Assembly: GCA_963811105.1 (NCBI GenBank)
Contig: CAWEPZ010000009.1
Location: 64,001 to 128,000 of the forward strand
DNA from: Candidatus Bathyarchaeota archaeon
GTDB taxonomy: Archaea; Thermoproteota; Bathyarchaeia; Bathyarchaeales; Bathycorpusculaceae
Direction of reading: 5' to 3'
DNA length: 64,000 nucleotides
Numbering within the stretch: position 1 is the stretch's first letter; the number at the start of each line of letters is the position of its first letter. The position numbers and the translations under genes were made by a program. Below the pieces are notes generated by a model. The model was given only the letters and a program-made list of their open reading frames with translations, made no database searches and was not told the origin of the DNA. Of this stretch, positions 21,077 to 30,188 are shown in pieces.

Positions 21077-22618
21077 ACCCTAACTGCAACGTAATTAGGT
21101 AACAGGGTCTCTAGAAAGCAGTTTATTTTGTTCAAAATGGCAAATGGGCTTAGAATCTACCGCTAATTTATTATATCACCTGTTCCCTAATAGGGAACTC
21201 ATGGATGCTGCATTAAAAGAAATTGTCGAAAAAGCAAAAACGCAATACGGCCAGATAGAACTCAAAAACATCAAAGGCCGCTTCTACCTCTACAAAGTAA
21301 CCAGCAAATACGACCCTCAAAAGAAAGAAACGCGAAAAATCTCAGGCCAATACATCGGCAGAGTAACTCCACAAGGCATCATCCAAGCCAAAACCCATGA
21401 AAGAACCATCCACGAGTACGCAAACGCCAAACTCCTAAAAACGCTCCTAGACGACGTTATAGAAAACCTCCGCATCCACTTCCCAGATGAATGGCGCGAA
21501 ATAGCAGCTTTCTCAATTGTTCGAACAATCAGAAACGTACCTATAAAATACGTCAAAGAAGCATGGGAAAAACTCTACCTCTCCCGGGAAATAGATACAT
21601 CACTCTCACGAAATACCTTATCCGAAAAACTCAGAAACATAGGCGCTGACTGGGACGCACAGCACTCCTTCTTTCTCTCACTAATGCAAGGTCAAAACGT
21701 ATTCTTCTACGATCTCTCATCCATTTTCAGCCGATCCGTCAACCTAAACCTCGCCGAAAAAGGCTACAACAAAGAACACCAGTTTCTTGACCAAATCAAT
21801 TTTGCCCTGCTCTTCTCACAAGAACGCAAAACGCCTGTTATGCTCAAATCCATGCCCGGCTCAATAAGAGACATTAAGTCTCTTCAAGCGTTTATGATCG
21901 AGTTTCCTCTGAAAGAATGCATACTTGTCCTAGATAGAGGCTTCCAATCTGCGGTAACAGAGGATGATCTGGTTTCCATGGGTGCTTCATTTATTCAGCC
22001 TCTTAGGCGTAACTCAAAACTAATTGATTATTCTCTTGAGCCTCAAACGCTTTTTGCGTACAGAGACAGAGGCATAAAGTGCGCTTCAAAGGAGCTTTTG
22101 ATAGGCGGGAAGAAGGCGACGCTTTTTCTGTACGAGGATGTTTTGCTGCGGGGCGAGGAACATTCGAATCTTATCAAGTTGAAGTTGGCGCATGGTAATC
22201 AAATTACGATTGATGAGCGGTGTTTGGGGAAGATTGCGATTTTGTCGAATCTTGATTGGGGTGGGGCGAAGGTCTATTTTATGTATAAAGAGAGGGAAGA
22301 TGTTGAAACGGCGTTTGATGCTATGAAGAATGAGTTGGAGAATGATAAGGCGTATTTGGGCAATGATGATGCGGTGAGGGGGTATTTTTTTGTTTCTTTT
22401 CTTTCGCTTTACTTGTATTTTCGGGTGCTCGAGAGGATAAGGGCGGCGGATATGATTGGTGAGATTTCTGTGGAAGAATTGTTGTTTAAGCTTTCAACGG
22501 TGTATTTGGTTAAGTATCGGAGTGGTAAAGAGAGGTTGAGTGAGGTTCCATCAAAGGTTCAAAAATTGATGACAAAACTAGGTTTGGACCTGTTACCTAA
22601 AAATTGAGCAGTTAGGGT
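21077..22618 (+). mobile_element. IS1634-like (IS4 superfamily) insertion sequence
   Basis: Imperfect TIRs ACCCTAACTGCAACGTAATTAGGTAACAGG and ACCCTAACTGCTCAATTTTTAGGTAACAGG (reverse complement); flanking direct repeat TTTCAAA at 21070-76 and 22619-25. Confidence 0.9.
21144..22607 (+). CDS. DDE transposase (IS1634-like)
   Basis: FYDLSS, GYNKE, PGSIRD, LDRGF, YKEREDVETAFDAMK. Confidence 0.92.
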   Translation: MGLESTANLLYHLFPNRELMDAALKEIVEKAKTQYGQIELKNIKGRFYLYKVTSKYDPQKKETRKISGQYIGRVTPQGIIQAKTHERTIHEYANAKLLKTLLDDVIENLRIHFPDEWREIAAFSIVRTIRNVPIKYVKEAWEKLYLSREIDTSLSRNTLSEKLRNIGADWDAQHSFFLSLMQGQNVFFYDLSSIFSRSVNLNLAEKGYNKEHQFLDQINFALLFSQERKTPVMLKSMPGSIRDIKSLQAFMIEFPLKECILVLDRGFQSAVTEDDLVSMGASFIQPLRRNSKLIDYSLEPQTLFAYRDRGIKCASKELLIGGKKATLFLYEDVLLRGEEHSNLIKLKLAHGNQITIDERCLGKIAILSNLDWGGAKVYFMYKEREDVETAFDAMKNELENDKAYLGNDDAVRGYFFVSFLSLYLYFRVLERIRAADMIGEISVEELLFKLSTVYLVKYRSGKERLSEVPSKVQKLMTKLGLDLLPKN

Positions 22619-23302
22619 TTTCAAATCTTCTTTTGAAAAAACTTTTAAGCCTTTTACCGTTTTTCCTCCATTGTCTATTGAGTTATCGAAATAGAATTCG
22701 AAGACCTCAGTTTTATTAATAAGTTCAATGCTTGCAGTTTCTAAATTTTTTATGTAAATTATGTCTTTCTCAATAGTATTCTCAAAAAAACCAGTTTTCA
22801 CAAATTCACGAATCTTCTTTTCATATAAGTTTAGTGTTTGAAAGTAAAAGAAAAGTTCTCTTCTAAACTCTGGCGGTTTGATAAAAGCTATTTTGTCTGA
22901 AAGCAATTCTCTAACGCTATTACATCCAAAACGGTTGGTCTCTTCTTTGAGGATAGAAATGAGATTTTCTTGCTGTTCTTTATTTGAAAAATCAACTTCA
23001 GCAAATCCTCTTAGGTTTCCCGCTATCACCGCTAAGTAGTCCATGACCTTGAACAGATGAAATAATAACGGTGAATAAACATTGGCTTTTGTGTATTCAA
23101 TTTGTTCAATTGTTCTCTCTTTCTCTTTTGTTTTGTTATTAACATAGGTCTGTACCAGGATTGTTCCTAAAGAAGAAAGTACGGCAACTATTATTGAGCT
23201 AACAATAAAGGTAAGCGTTAATGATGACTCTGGGATTGCGGACATAGGTCTTAATTGATCGCTTTATCACTTAAGATTTGCCATTATTGGGTTTAGTGTT
23301 CC

Positions 23303-24239
23303 TTACGCTGGCTTTTTGAAATATGTTATTCCCTCTGATTGGCATACTAAGATGCAATCGTCTTTGATCGCTTGCTCTATCTCGGCTTGATTAAGGCAAA
23401 CTATAGGTATCCAAGTTATGTTTTGATCAAAGTTGCTGATGTATTTCTCTGTACTGCGACTATCTCGATGACCTAAAAGTTGTTTAACATGTAAAAAGTT
23501 GTGACTTGACAATTTGTATTCTTTACTTGCCTTAAATCGTCTGAAGTCATAAAGGCATACTTGCTTAAGCTCTGGCATGTTGTATTTTTTGGCTAATCTG
23601 TTTCTAGCATTGGCGGTATCCAGTTGAAAGATAATCTGATGTAGTGTTGAAATATTATGCTGGTCGGGTTTAGATTCTTTCTTTTAATGAATTCTTTTAG
23701 AAGGCTTACCGTTGACGGTTTGAGTTTTCCTTCTCTTCCGATTGTATGTTTTGCGCCTGTTATACTTACTATTCCCGAGGTTAAATCTACATCTTGAACT
23801 TTTAACCATGTTTTTTCTATAGGGCGTTTCCCAAATCTTTGGCTATTGACAGTTTAAGTTTCATTTCAAACCTAACGTGATTCAATTATGAAGTTTAGTA
23901 GTTCTTCTTTTGGGGCTTTACGTTTCTTATCATAGCGTTGATAGAAAGGCTTGTTCCACGTTTGACCTAATGATTTTACAAAAATGTTATAGGATTCTAT
24001 CAAGTTCTCTTTTCGGGCATTTGAGCAATTCTTTCTTGCTACAAAAAGCTTAACCTCTTCTGGATTGCTTATGTTGCAGTATTTTTCTAAGTGCCTCAGT
24101 TCCTTTCTTACTCTCTTAATGGTTGTTTGTTCATAGGCATTCTTTTAGCATCCAAATCATTAGGTTTGGAATGTTTAGTTTTCCTATATCTTGGGGCTCT
24201 TGGGCTGTTTGTTTTTTGTTCTAATGCATGTTTTTTCAT
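23303..24239 (-). pseudogene. Tyrosine recombinase/integrase pseudogene (several frameshifts)
   Basis: Fragments DLG/RPIE, LKVQDVDL, GAKH, LYDFRRF, VKQLLGH and TEKY. Confidence 0.85.
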
Positions 24240-24275
24240 CTTTTCATCTCTCCTTTACCCCTAAAGCTTTATAGT

Positions 24276-24321
24276 GCTGGGACGGTGTTTTTTCGTTGGG
24301 GGATGATGTCGCCGTCCCAGT
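24276..24321 (-). repeat. GC-rich hairpin, copy 2, upstream of the recombinase promoter
   Basis: CTGGGACGG..CCGTCCCAG stem, followed on the minus strand by TATAAAG and an AGGAG RBS. Confidence 0.85.
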
Positions 24322-24464
24322 CTGATAGGGAAAGATGAAGAATAAAAGTTATGACAGACCCCAAACGATTGTACTCTTTAGCTGTGAATTGATGTAACCC
24401 GAGTCAAGTGCCATTTTATATAGCGTCGATAAGTAGTAGGATTAGTTATTGGTGCATCACTGGC

Positions 24465-24722
24465 ATGGGGAAGAGTCGAAAAAGCACGGTTCAGATTCGA
24501 TTCGAAATCCTAGAGTATATGTTTTTTAACTCAAAGCCTCAACTGCGCACAATTATCTGGCGGAAATCAACCAATCTTTCCTACGATGATTTTCTCAAAC
24601 ACTTGCAGTTTCTTGAAAGCAAAAACCTCATCAGAGAAACAGCTGAAGGCACCTGCATGCTAACGCCTGAAGGCAGAAACCTCTACATTGAATTGCGTAA
24701 GTCGCTTCCATCGATACTGTAA
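24465..24722 (+). CDS. Archaeal winged-helix regulator
   Basis: RKSTVQIRFEIL..TNLSYD..LQFLE..LTPEG. Confidence 0.85.
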   Translation: MGKSRKSTVQIRFEILEYMFFNSKPQLRTIIWRKSTNLSYDDFLKHLQFLESKNLIRETAEGTCMLTPEGRNLYIELRKSLPSIL

Positions 24723-24791
24723 ACCGTAGAGTTCACTTGTGGTGCATCAGGTATAAAAACAAAAAACGCCTAAATAAAGCAGGAAACAGAA

Positions 24792-25142
24792 ATGGCTAAA
24801 GAAACCAGCGAAGACAAGCAGTATCCAGTCAAATCCTTACATGACTTCCTATCTGAGTTAGATAAGGAATACACAAAATTCCGCAATGGCACCCTGATTG
24901 GACTTGCATCTTCAGGAATCCTATTCATACTTGTTGTTGTTTTGCTGCTTAGAACAAGGCATTTTGAGTTGGGCCTGTTTGATTTTATTTTACTGTTAAT
25001 TGCGGGTGTACTTTTAGCTTACAGCATTTACGCCATGTACTCACAATATCGCTTTCTAAGTAGATGGGAGCGCAGAATTGGCTTGCTTCGCCATACGGAA
25101 GACGAGTTGCTTCAAGAAAAACTTGAAGACTCAAAAGTTTAG
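24792..25142 (+). CDS. Two-TM membrane protein
   Basis: Two hydrophobic helices and a charged C-terminus. Confidence 0.75.
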   Translation: MAKETSEDKQYPVKSLHDFLSELDKEYTKFRNGTLIGLASSGILFILVVVLLLRTRHFELGLFDFILLLIAGVLLAYSIYAMYSQYRFLSRWERRIGLLRHTEDELLQEKLEDSKV

Positions 25143-25233
25143 TGTTCATTTGTGGTGCACATCACGGGTGAGGCTTTCTTTTTAAACACCCCACCAAGAA
25201 GCATATATAGAAGTAATTTGGAGGTGGAAAAGA

Positions 25234-25737
25234 ATGATCAACTTAAGTAGAAAAAACAAAATTGCCATTGCTGCACTAGCCGCCTTGGCAATCGTGTTGG
25301 CTATTAGTGTGCCGTATGTGAGCGCTCAAACCGTTGCAAACAACGCTGCTTCAAACATAAGAACTCTAAGCGCCCACGGCAACATTTACCAAACAATCGA
25401 TAGCAACACCATAAAGTATTACAAAGCAGACCTAACCCTAACGCTTCAGCCGACCTCAACCAGCGGGGCAGTCAAGAAATTTGATGTAACAGGCGGGACA
25501 TTGGTGGCAAACGGCGTCACATACATCTTTACAAGCGGCAACGGAGGCGTCTTCACTGGTAGGCATGCGGTGCTTTTACAAGCTCAGGGCACAGACCCAG
25601 CAGGTCAGGCCGTTACATTTAAGCTTGCGGGGCAATATGGATACTCGTGGCTAAATGGGCATGTTGCTTTAAAAATCGGCGCTAAACTGCAGACAGCCGA
25701 CACTAACTACACCCTTATCATGCAAGCGCCTATCTAA
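25234..25737 (+). CDS. Secreted beta-rich hypothetical protein
   Basis: Signal peptide ending VSA, GGAGGTG RBS, Thr/Gly-rich. Confidence 0.8.
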   Translation: MINLSRKNKIAIAALAALAIVLAISVPYVSAQTVANNAASNIRTLSAHGNIYQTIDSNTIKYYKADLTLTLQPTSTSGAVKKFDVTGGTLVANGVTYIFTSGNGGVFTGRHAVLLQAQGTDPAGQAVTFKLAGQYGYSWLNGHVALKIGAKLQTADTNYTLIMQAPI

Positions 25738-26057
25738 ACAAATCTGAAATCTTTTTCTATCCTTTTTTCTTTAAAACAACCCTTTTCAATTCTAAAAATC
25801 TAAAGCCCTAAAACCTCGACTTCTTGGTAGATTTAGGGACCAAAACTAAACGCAACCAGCATAATATTCAACCACATAACTAAAAACCAACTTCAACCTT
25901 GCCCAAACATCCCAACATTCGCAATTATCGATTACGAAAGTCGCACAGGAAATGTTTTTTGCAGTAATCAAGTGTTCTTTTCGGAGAACAGACTGTTCCG
26001 CTGGGTGAATAATGTGAGACTTCTTAGATTGTATTCATAGAAGAAAAAGTGACTGTT

Positions 26058-26764
26058 ATGAAAAAAAGACAGATCATGGTAAGGCCTTTAATGCTAATCA
26101 TGATATCCCTCACAATCTTAACGACAGCTAACATCCAGATCAGCAAAGCCTCCAAAAATTAATTGCCCCAAACGATTTACCGACCAAAGGTACAACCGTC
26201 TACGCTGCCTCTCAAGGCGACACAATACTAGTAAAAAACGGCATTTAGCATGAAAACATCCAAGTTAACAAATCATTAACAATTCAAGGTGAAGACCCCA
26301 AAAACACGATTATAATTGGAAGAGGCGGGGTTGACCGAGGCGCAAAAGCTGTTATCACGTTGGCATCCAATAACTTGAAAGTATCAGGTTTTACAATTGA
26401 AAGCCTCAACTACTCAGCTTCTAATTATTATGCCACCGGCTTTATTATTGAAGGAGATCAGTGCACTATAGCCGGCAACAATGTTCAGAATAACACTTAC
26501 ATAGGCATCTTCTGTTCAATCCAATCTTCAACATTCATAACTGAAAACAATATTTCGGCAAGCATCAAAGATGGGATTAGATTTTTCGGGGGCTCATTAA
26601 ACAAAATCTCTGCGAACAACATAGATGGAAACCATCAGTCAGGCATTTCAAAAGATACAAAATTCCATTTCGAGACGTATAAGGAATTTATTCACTTCTT
26701 GCTAACAGATACTACACGAATTGATTCTTTTTCTTATTATTACAAAAAATTCGTTCTTTCCTGA
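26058..26764 (+). pseudogene. NosD/CASH parallel beta-helix surface protein pseudogene
   Basis: Signal peptide, then GDTILVKNGI*HENIQVNKSLTIQGE and repeated GI..NN; in-frame stops and truncation. Confidence 0.75.
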
Positions 26765-26829
26765 TTTAGCAACTCTTCCTAAAAGCTATTATACTAAGTC
26801 ACAGATAATAGAGAATATCGGGTTTTACA

Positions 26830-29757
26830 ATGTCGATTTTTCGCGGAACAAAACCTGACATAGACTCGTTAAAAAATACACAAAATATAGTTGGCTTAGC
26901 TAATATTCTAAATAATGATAATGATTTTAAAAAAAGAATAAAAGCAGTTCAGGCTCTTGGCGAAATTGCCAAATCGAGAATTGACAAGAATAAGGCTCAA
27001 GGGATAATAGTCATCTTATCTGGTGCTTTAAGAGCCAACCAAGACAACAATTTGCGATTGGCAATTACCAATATTCTGCAAGAAATTCAATCGGATGATT
27101 CCATTAGAACAGATAATATTACAACTACATCAAAAAATGCGCTTGATCAAGTTGATAGCGGCGTACTTTGGAATTATCTGGCTGCAATGCAGGAAACTAA
27201 CAAAAGCAGCGTTCCTAATTTATCGTCAGAAAATGCTCTCATTACAAGCAATGCAAAAGAAGTCGAAGACATCCTCGCTATATCCCAAAGTTCACCTATT
27301 GTTAACATGACAGATCAAGCTAAGAAGGAGTGGGCGAGACGCAATCACGTAGCCAGTCTTGTTAGAGGTATCTTCATTGCCTCCAAAATAAACTGGGCCG
27401 AGGTTGCTGACAGATTAGGGCAAAAGGGTTATCATCTTACGATGAGAGAACCAATATCTAAAGTTGTTAAAAACCTTAGTCTTCAACAAACTTTTCCTCA
27501 AAAAAAATTCACAAAGAAAATATTTGAAATTCCTGAAAAAAAGAATAGAGGCGCAAATTGTCAGGTTATAATCAATCTCAAGCCCTACTCAATGTGTAGG
27601 GACGAAATTGATCCCTACTTAAAAGAGACATCAAATAATAGAAAAGTGGCAATCACTAAATTCATTCCGTTGCTTGAATGGATGAAAGATCCAAGCAACA
27701 AAGCGAATACTTTCTATGACCTTGTAGAATTTACAATTATCTGCGCCTTTAATGCTGAAGAAGTTTACGAATCCACGAATGTACAAGAAACTGGAAAAAA
27801 TGCAGGAAAAAAAGGTCTAACTCTGGATGATTCCCGCTTATTTGCTGTGGACCTGTCTGAGGTTATTTCTGAAAAAAGTATCTACCCAGAATTGATTAGT
27901 GCTTTTGAGGGAATGGGTGTCAGCCCGATTATACAATTTATCTCAAGAAAATGGCAGATGAAACTTTCTCCTCGAATTAATATGGGAAAACGGGAAATTA
28001 GAATTGGGGACGAAATTCAAGTAGAATTAAAAGTAACGAACTTGAATTTAGATGCCACTTTGAAACTAAACAGGGATTTCGATATTGAAGTGAGTTCAGA
28101 TTACTTCACTGCAGAGGTACAAAAGACTGACGAGCTTTTTTCGTATGATCAATCCGTACCTCTTTCAGTTAAGCTTCTTCCAAAAATTTCAGAAATGGTT
28201 AAGAAGGAAACCAAATCTTATCCGGTGATCTTTCGTTTGGTTGATCACATAAACAAAGTCTTCATATCAGAAGAGACATCCTATTTGGCTTTGAGCCCTC
28301 CGGATATTCAAATTGAAGGCGAAAGATCATTTTTGCCTCATAAGGGTTCACATATTAATGTCTCTCTCACCGTCCGTCTTCTTTCAAAACTTCCTCAATC
28401 TGATAGAATCCCAGTCAAAATCCGATGTAATGCTGCCCCAGATTTCAAACTTTTGAATTCAACAAAAGAGGAATTTGATGAAAAGATAGTTGGAATTGTT
28501 CAAGGTACTAATCATGCAGAATTTATTCTAGTTGCAAACCGAGCAGGTTTTCCAGGATATAAAGACACCGCTAGCTTCCAATTCTTTATTGGCGAGTGGG
28601 CAACACCATTCGCAAGTTATGATATGGAAATGACAGTACTTCCGAACATGTTAGATACCTCCATTGCAGGCCTTACCGCTTCTTTTGTCATATTCTCTCA
28701 ATTCTTTCCTGGACTTATTCCCTCATTAACCTCTGAACCTAACCTCGCTACCCTCAGCTCCACTGGGGCTGTTATATACTTAGGTTTTCGAGCCATTTCT
28801 TGGAGCTTAACTACTTATAAAACAAAACCTAAGGAGTCGTCGCTCAATAAAGAAAACCGAATGCCTAAATATTGGCTACCACTCGAAATTAATTTATTTT
28901 TTTCCTTCTTCTATACAGCTTTGGCGACAGACAATTTGGCGAACTATTACGTTGATTGGCAATCAAAAAATCCCGGGGCGGGTGGACACCTTAGCATTAA
29001 TTGCCCGAAAGTGCTAGAGCAAGACCAAACATATCAGGTTAAGCTAACTCTAAGCATGGAATGGATGGATTGGGGCGACAGTGCTGAGTTTGGAACGATT
29101 CAATGGCTCATCAACAATGGAAGTGATGGATACCAGCTTCTTGGATATTCTGTTTTAAATTCAAGCCTCAAATTACATGAAAGTATGAATGTGATTTCTC
29201 ATTGGTCGTTGACCAAGCAACAGGTCAATGCAACTGGAAAGCTTTTGATGAATACAACAATTGTGATTTATAATTCCTTACAGCCTTCAGATAACCGCTC
29301 TTCGGCTATAATGCAAGCTTTTCCGACTGTTGAGATTTCATTGAAAGAAAAGAGCAATTTAACTATATCATCAAGGTCTGAGAGTCTTTTGGTGGGAGAT
29401 CCCATAACCATTGATGGTTATCTTTTTCCTGCAGAACCCGGAGCTTTGATTAATATTACCTATACTAAACCCAATGGAAACACGTTTGCAAGATCGACGG
29501 CAACAACCGCCGAAGGTAATTTTAGCGATAAGTTAATAGCTGATACTGAAGGCACTTGGCTAATTCAAGCAAGTTGGAAAGGGACTGAATATGTTTCTGC
29601 CGATCCAAGCAATGTGCTAATACTAATGGCCAAAAATCAGATTCCATTGCTGCCATTTGCAGCAGTAGGCATCGTTTTGGCAGTGGTATTCTTACCATTT
29701 TTGATTCAGAGAAAGCGGAAATTCGAGAAGTTCAAAGTTGCTAAATTAGAGAAGTAG
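26830..29757 (+). CDS. 975-aa multidomain membrane protein (HEAT-like N-terminus, beta-sandwich domains, C-terminal anchor)
   Basis: KRIKAVQALGEI HEAT-like repeat, internal TM cluster, ITYTKPNG..GTWLIQASWKG Ig-like domain, terminal TM plus RKRK. Confidence 0.7.
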   Translation: MSIFRGTKPDIDSLKNTQNIVGLANILNNDNDFKKRIKAVQALGEIAKSRIDKNKAQGIIVILSGALRANQDNNLRLAITNILQEIQSDDSIRTDNITTTSKNALDQVDSGVLWNYLAAMQETNKSSVPNLSSENALITSNAKEVEDILAISQSSPIVNMTDQAKKEWARRNHVASLVRGIFIASKINWAEVADRLGQKGYHLTMREPISKVVKNLSLQQTFPQKKFTKKIFEIPEKKNRGANCQVIINLKPYSMCRDEIDPYLKETSNNRKVAITKFIPLLEWMKDPSNKANTFYDLVEFTIICAFNAEEVYESTNVQETGKNAGKKGLTLDDSRLFAVDLSEVISEKSIYPELISAFEGMGVSPIIQFISRKWQMKLSPRINMGKREIRIGDEIQVELKVTNLNLDATLKLNRDFDIEVSSDYFTAEVQKTDELFSYDQSVPLSVKLLPKISEMVKKETKSYPVIFRLVDHINKVFISEETSYLALSPPDIQIEGERSFLPHKGSHINVSLTVRLLSKLPQSDRIPVKIRCNAAPDFKLLNSTKEEFDEKIVGIVQGTNHAEFILVANRAGFPGYKDTASFQFFIGEWATPFASYDMEMTVLPNMLDTSIAGLTASFVIFSQFFPGLIPSLTSEPNLATLSSTGAVIYLGFRAISWSLTTYKTKPKESSLNKENRMPKYWLPLEINLFFSFFYTALATDNLANYYVDWQSKNPGAGGHLSINCPKVLEQDQTYQVKLTLSMEWMDWGDSAEFGTIQWLINNGSDGYQLLGYSVLNSSLKLHESMNVISHWSLTKQQVNATGKLLMNTTIVIYNSLQPSDNRSSAIMQAFPTVEISLKEKSNLTISSRSESLLVGDPITIDGYLFPAEPGALINITYTKPNGNTFARSTATTAEGNFSDKLIADTEGTWLIQASWKGTEYVSADPSNVLILMAKNQIPLLPFAAVGIVLAVVFLPFLIQRKRKFEKFKVAKLEK

Positions 29758-30188
29758 CCTGTGTATTTTGCAATTATTACAACTCCTCCTTGATTGAAAA
29801 TTAGATTTTTTAAATTTCTTTCACAAAAAACATTATCAAGGCAGATAGTTCCGAGGTTAGTGCTTCGTCATTTGCTTCTTTAACAAACTTATCTGGACTA
29901 ACACGGTTGAAATGGAAAGCCACCTGCGCTCTAATTGTAGGCTGATAAAGCTTACCTTGAGACCCTGATAGGGTACCTCTGTTGCCTACGGTTTCTTAGT
30001 TTTCAGTTCAGAATAAACTTAAGAAAAATATTTCTTCAATAAGGAAAAATTCCAACCTAAATAAACACAGCAGTTAAATAAGATGCCACTCAAAATAATA
30101 AGTTAAAGGAATTATATTATAATTTACTAAATATTTTCAATTGAATTCACCTAAAAGCAGCTAAACAAACCAAAGGATAATTACGCAC

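Larger units (their letters stand above)
20947..23245 (-). pseudogene. Membrane-anchored hypothetical gene interrupted by IS
   Basis: Removing the IS plus one TSD joins ...KVFSKEDLK in frame to KKQKELLYVCTRVIRKP...HLA*. Confidence 0.8.
24446..25160 (+). promoter_or_regulatory. Three copies of a putative operator (GTTCAYTTG)TGGTGCA
   Basis: Copies at 24446-59 (core only), 24731-49 and 25144-59; the latter two precede TATA boxes. Confidence 0.6.

Noticed and set aside
24302-24325. ATGATGT..CTGA as a C/D sRNA, or the hairpin as a fluoride riboswitch
   Set aside because: Too short, CTGA is absent in the second copy, and the riboswitch consensus is not met.
26246-26248. In-frame TAG as a pyrrolysine codon
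   Set aside because: It replaces an expected Tyr in a gene that also has a TAA, a frameshift and a truncation, so this is ordinary decay.
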